A DNA stretch of 64,000 nt. It comes from Eukaryota sp. GEM-RC1 (taxonomy: Eukaryota). Of the stretch, positions 24,946 through 37,166 are shown piece after piece. Positions within the stretch are counted from its first letter, which is position 1. Each line of letters starts with the position of its first letter. A program made the position numbers and the translations under genes. The notes below the pieces were generated by a model that worked only from the letters and a program-made list of their open reading frames with translations, searched no databases and was not told where the DNA came from. The stretch covers positions 310,001 to 374,000 of the forward strand of contig JAUFOQ010000005.1 of the NCBI GenBank assembly GCA_040285855.1, in the 5' to 3' direction.

Positions 24946-25501
24946 CTTTTCTATTATACGGTATTGTAGAAGAACTTTAACGGACATATACATCGTCGAT
25001 AAGAATTCATTCATCTAGTTCAAACGATAATCTTATACAAATTGTATGTATCTGCGATTCTTAACAGTCTCTTTTCAGTATTTAAATGAGTTTATTCCCA
25101 GCTTAAGTAAATTCAAGCTGTTGTAAGACTGAACAGTGCTTCTGTGTATTTGGTAACGATTGACTTACAAGGACTGTAATCTATCCCAATATTTTACTAA
25201 GTGATTACTTCTTTAAAGGTTGTTAATCAAGAACGATTGCGGATGCTGACCATGAATATATAGAAAATGTCAGAAGTGGATGTGACAAATACGCGAGAAT
25301 TATCCTTCTGCAACTCAGAAATAATGAAACTTATGGAGATAGAAATGCTTCTACAAACAGCAAACAGAAAACATCAACTCGAGAAAGGATCAGAAGCTTT
25401 CAAGAACTATTAAGCTAGTTTAGATTATTGGGAAATGATATTAAATTTGAAGATGCAAAGTGAACAAATAAAAATTCAGAATACAAATGTATTATACATT
25501 A

Positions 25502-26697
25502 TTAACAATTGAACGATTCCACAAAATCGAAAAATTCTAAACGGTTTTCACGGGTCCAAGCCTGAATGTCATAACAACTTCTTCTACCTGAACAAAAGTT
25601 CCAATATTCAATAAAATTAATTGTGATTTCTGTACCATCACCCCTACTAGAATTTAAATGTTCAATACAAGCCACGTATATCAAAACTGGACTAAAGGAG
25701 GATCCTTCCTACCAGAAACAACCTCCACAAGCCTGTCATTGATGAGTAAATCTACTTCTCCCCTAATAATACCTAGTCCAGGACCAACAGTCACAGAAAC
25801 ATTGTCTATTTCTTCAAGGATAAATTGTTCGATTTGAACCATGTGGGTTTTTGAGATTATGTTCTCAAACTGATCTGTTTTGACCGTAGATTTCCTCTTA
25901 AAATACTGGAGAACTGATGAAGCAGTCCTGGAAATCTCTGGAAGGATATCGAGACTAGTAATGCCCATATTCATCACTAGTTCACGTGCTTGTTTATCCA
26001 GGAGGTTATGCGTGAACTTGTGGGAAGTAGTGTCTGAGAACGGGATGGATTGTTTCTCACAGATAACTCGTCTCACAAAATACTCTAGGAAAAACCCATT
26101 CAAAGCGGGGTAAGTATTATGTTGCTCTTGAGAAACATTAGGTATTGATGATTGATTGTTAAGAGGGGGCATAAAATGATTGGTTCCAATCAGTTTAACC
26201 AATCGGACAGAATTCTTGCTGATCAGTTTAGTTCCATTTCCCATCAGCAACTTTAGATACCTTTGGGATGGAGTTGGAGGACCAGAGGAAGGTTGAGTAA
26301 GGAGGATGGGAGATGAGGTTGGAGGTTTAGGAAGTTTAGCAAGTACAGTAACTGGATCGGTTTGGACTCCAAAACTACGATAAATACGTTGTTGTTCCTC
26401 TTCAACGGGCAAAGAATCATTTGGGATGCGAGAAAGTGTCATCGTACGCGTAGGATCGGATGTTGATGAGGATAATCGTGATGGTGGTACAGATGATGGA
26501 GGATGCGATGGATTCAATACATCATTGGAAGAGATGGATCGAGGATGAGAGTAAGTGGGAGATGTATTGAATTCGGATGATTGACTACTGAGCTTCAGCG
26601 GTGGCTCACAATCGGATGAAGAACACGAAGACAGACGCTGAGTGCCAGCGTTTGTAGCTACTGATCGAGAGGATGGTCGAGAACCAACGTTACCCAT
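25502..26697 (-). CDS. Protein of unknown function: Ser/Pro-rich N-terminus, C-terminal PD-(D/E)XK-like segment (frameshift at about 25684)
   Basis: ORFs 25681..26778 and 25502..25684 join as RGEVDLLINDRLVEVVSG...Q(F)LIYVAC. Likely start MGNVGS at 26697, although an upstream ATG at 26778 is also in frame. Confidence 0.7.
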
Positions 26698-27479
26698 AAG
26701 GCAAAAGAACAAATCTCTTGATAAGAAACGACTTGAAGGTCTCAGATACAGACTTCTTCTGATGTTATGACATACCATCTCTTCCCTGGTCTGAACATCA
26801 CTATAACATTGTCCCCTTAAGCTTCTCCATGTTTGATCACAACATTCTGCGTTTGTCTTCTTGTCTTTGAGCTTCGTATCATCTCTTTTCCGAGACCGAT
26901 CGTAGAAGGAGTGTTTGATGACATATACTTTTCATTGGTTTGCAATCCTTGTCATTGTCGGTACGGCTACTAAAAGACACACCTCTAACTGCTATTGAGG
27001 TGAATCTCCCTCTCCCCGGTGAAAACTCTCTTTTTCCTGTCCACTTCAACCCATACAATTTCCTTATATAAATGACCGTGTCACAGTTGGTGATTGTGAT
27101 TATTTTCAGAACTTTTCGGTTTTACCTCTATTTAGCTCTTTCAACGAGTCAAATGTATCGTGTGGTTAAATTACTTGTCATTTTACTGATCTTTGTTTCT
27201 ATTTGGTTAATTCGTTAGACTTCTCCACGTCTTAGTTAAGTAAGACTTCTAGAGTGGAAAGTCTATGTATCTTCAGTGTTTTGTATTCTTTTATATTCTT
27301 CTTATTAGGAAGGGCACACCCACGTGATCTTGATTTTAGTCGTTTTTGACCTCTTTGTATCCATTCTTTTAATGTTACTTTATGGTGAGTTTTCATCTAC
27401 TACATGTAATAGCAAGACTCGCTGATGTTACTAATTCATTTCATTAGGTATTTTTGTGATGTCTTCATATAAAGCAATG

Positions 27480-28070
27480 TGCGCAAATCTTTGGTACGTA
27501 CGGTACGGATCGGTACGTACCTATGTCATTTGATTTTATAAAACACCCTGTTTATGAATAATCTAAATGGATTTAAAAATACTAATAATTGAGTAGAGGT
27601 TCATACACTCATCAAACACAGTACTATTGTAATATGCTTCTACATCTTCCGATCGTTTAGAAATCCAATCTGTGGGTTTTTGGGCCCTGTATCATTGTTA
27701 TGTTCCGTCATAGTCACTCGTTAAATGCATTGTGATTCGAAGATGCTACCGCTATTGTTGATTTCGAGTGATTGCTGAGCTTCGTACGTAGAAATGTCAT
27801 TTTGGGGAAGTTGTGGTTAGCAAATGACGTACCCTAAATATGAATCTGTGTGACAATCACGATATTGATATTCTGAGCGCTGTTTAACGGTATAATTGGT
27901 AGAATTTATGACGATGGTAACTGTTAAAATGTCACATCGAATCATCATGTTCAAAATAGTAATAATTTAATTTATTCGGTCAAAAGTACAGTACCGTTAC
28001 TTGTACCGAACATACGTACGTACGATACGCCTAAATTCGCAGCTATACGGAAAATTTGCGTTCCATGATA
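27480..28070. mobile_element. Possible decayed MITE with GTAC(G) subterminal motif clusters at both ends
   Basis: ggtacgtacggtacggatcggtacgtacc (27493-27521) and gtaccg...tacgtacgtacg (27986-28024). TIR and TSD not resolvable. Confidence 0.45.
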
Positions 28071-28359
28071 TAAAGACATTATTATTAGTTGAGAACGTTA
28101 GATGATAGTTTTAAATGTCAACCGATAGACCATTGAGGTGCACGTACGTATAAAAATTGAAATGATTCAATCTCCAACATTCAAGTATTAATAATAATAT
28201 ATCAACCAATGTTTCAATGTTTTGAGTAGAGCCACTACCAATGTATTCAAATAATTGTATTGACAATTCAAGTGTTCCAGGTTCTGGTTGTGAACTAATA
28301 CAGAAGTTAAGAGGCGAATTGATGGAAGCAAATTATGTAGAGCAAATGACATAAAGGTG

Positions 28360-31300
28360 ATTCATGCACTTGCAAAAGTATTTTGTTCAAGTAAAACGTT
28401 GAAAACACTTTCCTTAACTTCTTCGGTGTCACTTTCAGATGATTCTCCTATTCTGTTTACTGCCATTTCAAGTAATTCAGTAATTGAAACAATTGATTTA
28501 TATAATCTGATGTTGTATGATATTGATCAATTATCAGATTATAATGTTCTTCTACCACTTTTGAACAGTTCCAGTATTAAAAAAATTACATTTCCTTCAA
28601 TCTTTTTTGATTGTTAACTCTATCTTACTGTGATTAGTTGTCTGAAGTACAATTCCAGTCTGGAACATTTGATTCTGGAAGTTGCAACATTCAGTTCTAA
28701 AGATCTTATGGAAGCTTTAAATTTTAACACAGCATTAAAGAAACTCGAAATTTGGTCGTGTTTTATATTCTTATCATCGACTTTTGAGTCAATGGACACA
28801 TATTCCTTATCAGATTCATTCGCTCACTATCTTGCCACCTCACCACACTGCCGTTTCCATACTTCGGTTGTCAATTGTGAACAATTTCTGAACATTGTTC
28901 AAGCGTTGAACAGCAATTCTGGACTGAAAATCGTTAACTTCTCTGATTTACGATTAGATTTAACTTCACTCTTGATAGTGTTCGAAACTTTGTATTATCT
29001 TAAACTACGATCACTTGTTGATATTTCTCCTCATATTATTGACATGGAACGTGCTTGGTTTTGTTTTCTACCACAAAGTTTTACCAAAATAACCATAAAA
29101 GAAATCACTTTTCTTCAGTGTTATTTGGAGGCTTCGAGTTTCAAAGAGCTTACCCTTAAGAATTGTGGTTTTACTGGTGATGCAATAACTGCTTTGTGTG
29201 CTATACTAATATCCAGTGTTTCACTGACCTCTGTTGACTTTAGTTGCATTGGTCTCTATAAGTCAAATTACCGCTACGACTCCGACGATGAAGAAGGTCC
29301 ATGTTTCACCGATATTCCGCTATCTGATGACGATTTCTTGAAAGTGATCAATGCACTTCAATCCAATTCTCATTTGAACAAAATCAATCTCAGTAATAAT
29401 TCTATTGGGTTCTTCAATCTATTGATTATTTTTGAACTGGTTTCAACTTACAAATTGACTTCAAATATTATTGTTTTTCCTCATTCTATTGACATTGAAA
29501 ATGGTATACTTTGTTTTTCTCCAGAAAAATCTACATTAATAACTGCCAATGAAGTATCTTCTTTACAATTTTTTTGAAATCTTTTAGTATCAATGAGCTT
29601 ACTCTTGAACGATGTCGATTTACTACCAAAACAATACCTGCTTTGTGCGATCTAATTAGGGACAATAACTCGTTGAAATCTGTTGACTTCAGTTCTATTG
29701 AAATTTACGTTTCTGACCTTGCGCGTTGTTATTCTACCAATCTTCATGATGAACATCTCTTGAAATTGATAGATGCATTTCAGTCCAACTCCGATTTAAA
29801 ACAAATTAATCTTAGCCATACTTCAGTTAAATTACTGACTATTTTGACCATTTTTGAACTGGTTTCAACTGCAAAATTAACACCAAACATTCAAGTTTCT
29901 CCTCATTCATTTGATTTTTTTCGTGGTTCTATTCGATATCAAAATTTAGTTGACAATGATGATTTACTTTCACTTCTTGATGCTCTAAAATCAAATATTC
30001 CTATTAAACGTGTTGAATGTCGTGGGTTCAAAAGTCCAACTCTACAAGGACTCATTATTTTATTTGAAATTCTTTCCTGTTACGAGTCTATAGTAGATGT
30101 TGATATTTTTCCTCATAGTTTTGACATCAAAAATCGTTTGTTTTGTTTTACTCCACAAAAGTTCCACCAACTGTCTGCTGAAGAAGTTTCTTATTTACAG
30201 TATTTATTGAATTGTTTTAGTATCCAAGGGCTTACTCTCAAAAGATGTCGTTTTACTGTCGACACAATCCCTGTTTTGTGTGATTTAATTACTGGGAGTA
30301 ACTCGTTGACTTCTGTTGACTTTAGTGATTGTAATTTGTTTGACCAAAGTTCTCATAATTCTTCTGACCGCAATTGTTCGATAATCAGTGCACTGTCGTC
30401 CAACTCCAATTTAACAAAAATAAATGTTATCAATAATTTAATCGGATTTGATGACCTTCTGAAGATTTTTGAACTAATTTCATCTGACAAATTAACACCA
30501 AATATTCAAGTTTCTCCCCACTTGATTGATTTTGATCACGGTACTATCCGTTATGATAATAAGCTCCACCACTCTGAATTAATTTCATTTTTAAACGCTT
30601 TACAATCAAAAGTTCCCATTAAACGTTTTGACTGTCTTGGTTTGAAAAGTTCCAGTTCAGAAGAATTTATTACATTATTTAAAATTGTTTCAAATAACAA
30701 ATCTGTGATATTTGTTAAAATTTGTCCTCATATTATTGACGTTCAAAACGGTGTGTTTTGCTTTTCGCCACTACATTCTACACGACTAAATGCTGAGGGT
30801 ATATCATCTATTCGAACTTTGTTGGAGTGCTTTAGTATCAAAAATCTTACTATTAGAAAATGTCATTTTACCCAAGAAGTTAACACTGTGTTGTGTGATA
30901 TAATACGAATCAATCAAAGTTCATTGACTTCTGTTGACTTCAGTCACAGTAGACTTTCTAATCAGGATTTCGTTGACTTACTAAATTCACTTCGATTTGT
31001 TTCTTCTTTAAAAACAGTCAATCTGAGCGTAAATGACATTAACTTTAAAAGACTTTTAAATATCTTTGACCTTTTTGTATCTCACAATTCAATTGCTAGT
31101 ATTCAAATTTCTAAACAATCTATTGATTTTGTTCTTGGTTCAATTACTTTTCAAAATTTAGTTGACAATGATGATTTACTTTCACTTCTTAATGCTCTTA
31201 AGTCCAACGTTCCTATTAAAAGTGTTGAATGTCCTGGGTTCAAAAGTCCAAATCTGGAAGGACTTATTGCTTTATTTGAAATTCTTTTTATTAACAACTC

Positions 31301-33007
31301 AATGATTAGTGTTGATGTTTCTCCTCATATTATTGACGTTGAAAATGGTGTGTTTAATTTTGCGCCGGAAACAACGACTCAAGTTTCTACTGAAGAATTC
31401 TCATCTTTAAAGTGATTTTTGCAGTGTTTTAGTATTAAGGTGCTCACTCTTAAAAAATGTAGTTTTACTACTGAATCAATTTGTGCTTTGTCTGATTTAA
31501 TTAGGGACAATAATTCATTAACTTCCGTTGACTTCAGTTACATTGGAAAAGCTGAAACACAAACAAGGGATGGTTCCAATGACGTTTACATCTGGAATAC
31601 TTCACTTTCTTCAGACGACTTCTTGAAATTAATCAATGCTTTTCAATTGAACACTCATTTAAGTAAAGTCAATCTCAATCATAGCTCAATGAGATTCAAA
31701 ACTCTTATGGCTATTTTTGAGCTGGTTGCGGCTAAAAAATTAACCCCAAATATTCAAGTTTCTCCTCATCTCTTTGATTTTGCCCATGGTGGTATTCGTT
31801 ATGAAAATGAGTTTGAAAACGATAGTTTGGTGGTTGTTTTAAATGCTTTAAAATCAAATGTCCCTATCAAGTATGTGATCTGTCATCATGGATTCCAAAG
31901 TCTAAGAATAGAAGGACTTTTTATTGTATCTCGAATTCTAACTATTAACAGATCAGTGTTGAATATTAGTCTTTCTCCTCATTATCTTGACCTTGAAAAT
32001 GGTGTGTTTTGGTTTTCACATGAATGTTTGACTGAAAGAACTGCTAAAGAAGTCTCGTCTTTACAGCGTTTTTGAAGTCTTTTAGTATCAAAGAGCTTAC
32101 TCTAAAAAGAGGTTGTTTTTATGATGATGCAATCACTGCTTTATGTGATATAATCAAAACCAATAACTTGTTGGTTTCCATTGACTTTGATGACTGTGTA
32201 TGTACTAATGGTTTTTGGGAAATTATGAAAGCACTGCAAGAAAATGTCGGTTTAAAAAGGTCACATTCGGTTACCTTCCTATTTCGTTTGAAAATCTCTT
32301 GACTGTTGTTGAACTTATTTCTGCTCAAAAATCTAGATCATTACATGTAATTACACTCTTCACAACAATTAGTCTGAATCAGACTAATTATGAATGTCCA
32401 TTGAAACAGTACCAAACAATAATTAGTCTGATTCAGAGTAATTAGTGATTCAGACTAATTAATGACTGGGAAAATTAGTCTGAATCAGAGTAATTATGAA
32501 TATTCATATTTAGTCTGAATGAATATCCCAACCACAAAAACTATCTTGATCATGAAATCATGTTATGTCTTCATAATTGTTATGTATTACATCAGGATCG
32601 TTGTTGGTACCTTAACTAGAGGTATAAAACCGAAGATATTCAGAAACAGGACTGATCGGCCATTAAATTGCCTCTTTAAAATTCATTAGTGACCGAATCG
32701 TCTTTCATGCAAGTGCCAATAATGGATGACACGGGCTGTATAGGGCAATTCAACCAAAGTGTCTAGGAAGAAAAAATAAAAAAAGGGATTTACAACACAA
32801 TTTTACTCAAAAATATTGGACACTCCTAAAGCGGTCAAACAATAATTAGTCTGATTCAGACTAATAAGTGATTCAGACTAATTTTGAATTCAGACTAATT
32901 GTTGTGAAGAGTGTACTATTTATCGTCACTCAATTAATTTTGTTGATGGGGTAATTCATTTTCAGGATCGATTTCAAAGATATACCAAGTATTTTGATCA
33001 AGATTAG
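28360..33007 (+). pseudogene. 5'-truncated copy of the LRR gene (right arm)
   Basis: Starts mid-repeat at IHALAKVF, exactly at the arm boundary. Extra TGA at about 31413. Same MITE insertion as the left copy. Confidence 0.85.
32354..32913. mobile_element. Tc1/mariner-type MITE, right-arm copy
   Basis: Same 26-bp TIRs, TA at 32352-53 and 32914-15. Confidence 0.92.
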
Positions 33008-34138
33008 TTTTGCAGACACATCATCTTATTTATTGAGGATTCTTTCTATGAAACTTGGTGTTCTGTGGAAATCGCCACGGAAGATGATTTTCATTTTAGG
33101 AGCAAAATTTCTCTGCAAATTTACTCTCAAAATCTGAACACATGTTTCCGAACAAATTTAGAAATTCCTTGTAACAAGAATCAACGTTTCCGTGCAACAA
33201 TACCGTCAAACGTTGTAAGGCACTATTATTGTGTCATGCATGAAATTGATGTGCGCAAATTGAAACTGTCGGTAGATCATTAGAAGTAATCAAATTACTG
33301 TCAATATCTGAAGATTTACACTGTGTAAGAAAATTAGGAGGATTACAAGCTAGATTGTAATTTCATTTAATAATATTTCACCAAACGTCATAAACGATCA
33401 TATCCATTTCCGTAGTCAACGTCTACCTACTACATCAACTTCAGTATCTGCATTCACATGTTGATCCTTTGTTGTTTATTGATTTTGAACAACCATTTTA
33501 GAATCAATTTTTAATGAAACTTACTGCGCAAATGTGTGTTCTGTATCACCGTCATCAGTACAATATTCTGGAAGCCACTTAACATCAGTGTTAATTCTTA
33601 ACAATCGTAAAATATGATGTGTCAACAATTGACAATTGGTTGTTTCAGCAGTAAAACGAGTTCTTCGTTTGTCATGAATAATACCAAAAGATCTCTCGAA
33701 CGCTATAGAAGTAGAAAATAACACAAAATTGGTATTAGATCACTGTATTTTCCAATGTGTTGCATCATTAATACAGGTATCTGAACCAAGTATCTGAATT
33801 AAAATGGTCAGTATTTGACCACGTGTAATCTGTTGTGGTGTAGTTTTGATGCCATATACGTGGAAACTAAGACGTTTGTAAACTAGTGTGGCCACACTAA
33901 CTAGGTTTTCGGACAAATTTGTCCCATTCGTCTATGGTAAACGTGTTCAACGAATATATTTCTTTCCTCAACGGAGATGGGGATCGTCTGAACATAAATC
34001 ACGTGCTACATTGTTTTGATTTTGTATCCAAAACGTATGTGTCACGTACAACTTAACGAGAGCTTAAAACAAATATTCTGAAGCCATTGTACATACAAAA
34101 TTGAAGTACTGTACATGTTTTTTTTTGCTTCCTGTTCC

Positions 34139-37100
34139 ATGGTCTCAATTTTGTCAAAACCTGCCAAGCCTCCTCCTAAAAAGGCAGGCTTCCGTCGTTT
34201 ACCTAGAAAGTGTAGTGTTTGCTCGTCAACATGTCACGATAAGCGAAACTGCCCTGCTCGAAAAAACATGGATGATAGAGCTCTTTCTTTGTCTAAGTCA
34301 CATGAGCATCTGCTTGCTTCCGATGTTCCGCTCTTTGATGCTACTTCTGCTGATTCTCCCTCCTTACTTTCTTCTGGTGTTTCTGCTCCCATTTGTCCTT
34401 TTGTCGGTCTAATGCTCTGGGGAAAAACTCTGCTGGCAGACCCCTGCTATGCTGTGTGTCTTGTACTCCCTCTGACCCTGTTCGTCCTCCTTTGCCAATT
34501 CCTCTATCCATTCATCCCTCTGTGGGTTCTTCTTTAGTTTCTGCTGTTAGAGCAATTACTTATCCTTTACGTAAGGGTTTGTGGCATCCCTCTCCTCTTT
34601 GGCGTTATTTTCTTTCCCGAGCAAAGAAGGTCAGAAACAAGTCTGTTTCCTCGTCATCTAATTCGGATAAAACCAAACGTAGTCTCTTCAGATCTCTTGT
34701 TTTTAGGGGCCAGTTCTCTTCGGCTTTATCTGTTTTGGATGGAACCTCCATTGCTGAGAACAGTATTGATACTGTTCACAAACTTGAACTGTTGCATCCT
34801 CTTGAAGAACCTTTAAACTATTCAAGTAATACTTCCAATTATTGGATTGATTCACCCATAAGCTCTGAGGAAGTTTTACTTGCAATTCATAAATCAAGAT
34901 CTGGAAAAGCAGCTGGTCCTTCTGGTCTTAGCTTCGACCATTTAAAGTTATGTGTCAATCATTGCCCTGAAATTGCTGATGATTTAGCTGTTTTTTTCAA
35001 TCTTGTAATGTTGAATCCAGCAAAATGTCCTGATGATTTAAAGACTAGTCGGTTAGTTGTTTTAGATAAGCCTGGTGGTGGCGTTAGACCAATCGCTATT
35101 GGTGAATGTATTTCAAGATTGTTAGCATCGATCTGTTTTGGTAGAATCAAATCGAAGGCGATTGAATTCTTTCGACCATTTCAATATGGAATTGGAATTG
35201 TGGATGGCACTAATTGTGCTTGTCTAACAACTGATCTATTTTTGAATGATGATGTTGATAATTTTGTGTTAAACGTTGATTACAAGAATGCTTTTAATTG
35301 TGTTTTTAGATCTGCAATTTATGATCAACTGGTGGAGCATTTTCCTGAACTTGTTCCATATTTTGAAGCGTTTTATGGGAGTCCTACTGATTTGATTTTT
35401 AACGAATTTTGTTTGAAATCGTCTCGTGGTGTGAAGCAAGGTGATCCTCTTGGCCCTTTTCTTTTTGTTTGCCTTTGCAGAAAGTGTTACGAGTTTTCCA
35501 TAGTGAGTTTCCAGGTATAATGATTAATTCGTATGCTGATGATACTTCTTTGGTTGGCAAAATGCATACTTTGAAACCAAGTTTTGCTCGATTTGTTGAT
35601 CTTTCTGGTCAAATTGGTTTGACAATCAATTTGAGCAAATGTGTTGTTATTGGTCGGGTGGATGACACTGTTTTGCATGAAGGTGTTGCTATTCCTTTTA
35701 TTAATTATTCTTCTGATTGTATCAAGTTTCTTGGAAACTTTATTGGCAATTCCTCTCAAATTGTGAGTATGCTGGAGAAGAAGATTGATTCTCTTGATCA
35801 AAAGTTGAGAAATGTGTTAGATTTGAATGTAGGTAAACAAGTATCCTTTGCCACTTTGCAAGTTTGTTTTGCAGGTAAAGTCAATCATTTTTACGTGGGT
35901 TACCTCCTGAGCTTACGGTAGACCTTTCTCGTCGTTTTAACGCTCTGAGAACAGAGTTTTTGTCAGAGCTGGTAGAGTCGAAAAAGCTTTCCATTCATCG
36001 TCATTCATTTGCTGCTGTGAGATTTGGTGGAATTGGTTTTCCAAGGCTCGTTATATGCGTGAAGGTGCCTTTTAGGATGTTTGAAGAATCTGCTATATGA
36101 ATTTAAGTTACGTTATCCCTTACTTTGGTCTAATGAAGATCTCATTCGATATTCGCCTTGTCAATGGCTTATATCACTTCAAAATCTTGTAGATGGTATG
36201 AACCCTGATGTTTGGGAATCCTTGTTCCCTGCATCTGTGACGGAAACACCTCAACGTACGCTTTTTTCCCTTCCTCTTGGTGTTAGAAAATTTCAGAAGA
36301 AATTTGTATCTTTCCATGAGAGCTTGGACTATACTAACTGCATTAGCTTGGCTAAAGTTAAAAGTCCCGCTTTCTGTGCATTTTTACAAGACATGAGTAG
36401 TGATTCAGCATCTACTTTCATTACTCAATTGCCAGGGAGATTTATTTTTAATCTAAAAAGATCATGAATGGCTTGTTAACATGAGACTTCGTTTAGGTTT
36501 TTGGCCATTTGGTTTGTTACAGAACAGCACGTGTATCTGTAAAAACAAACATAAGGCTAGCTTTCATCATTTGGTCAATTGTTCAAAGTTCATATATTGT
36601 CGTTCAATTTTGCACAACAGTCTTCGAGATACATGTTTGGAAATGTTTAAGGCAAATGGTTTCCATGGCAAAGTCGAACCATTACTTTCTCATCTTTCAG
36701 ATCACCCTGATTCTACTCAGAAACGTGGTGATTTTATTGGCCCTTATGGTTGTCATGCCAAGAAATTGTTGTTGATTTTACGACCGTTGATCCTTGCAAA
36801 GCTTCAGCTATTGCCAACATTTTGAATCCCTCAAATGATCCGCTGAAAGACGCTGAGAACGCCAAAGTGTCTAAGTATGGACATCAAGTTGCTGCATTGA
36901 ATTCACGAAGACACAATAATATCGTCTTTCAGCCTTTTGCAGTTTCATTGTACGGAAATTTCGGTTCTTCTACCAAGGAGTTTTTAAGTTTATTTGAAAA
37001 TTTGTGTTCAGAACTTGGCAAGAAGTTTAACAGATCGTACTGGAAGAGTAAATTTGCTTTTTCGATTTTTAGGTCTATGTATAGATATGTTGATTCCATT

Positions 37101-37166
37101 TTGTCCAAGTTGTTTGGAGGCAACTACTTTTCGGAATTAGGTAGTTCGTTTGATAATTTGTTTTAA
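34139..37166 (+). mobile_element. Near full-length CRE-clade-like non-LTR retrotransposon ORF, right-arm copy
   Basis: ATG at 34139 (MVSILSKP), CSVCSSTCHDKRNC, RT motifs including INSYADD, REL motifs, stop at 37166. Confidence 0.93.

Noticed and set aside
28615..28617. Stop-codon reassignment (TAA/TAG read as Gln)
   Set aside because: TAA terminates the kinase, RT and BRCT ORFs at sensible ends, TAG ends the membrane and Gly-rich genes, and long ORFs contain no in-frame TAR.
29565..29580. Recurrent TTT-TGA at ORF breaks (29574, 32072, 25681, 60241) suggesting programmed ribosomal frameshifting
   Set aside because: All lie in homopolymer runs. Losing one T before TTG-A creates TGA automatically, and many comparable breaks differ between the two arms, as expected for sequencing errors.
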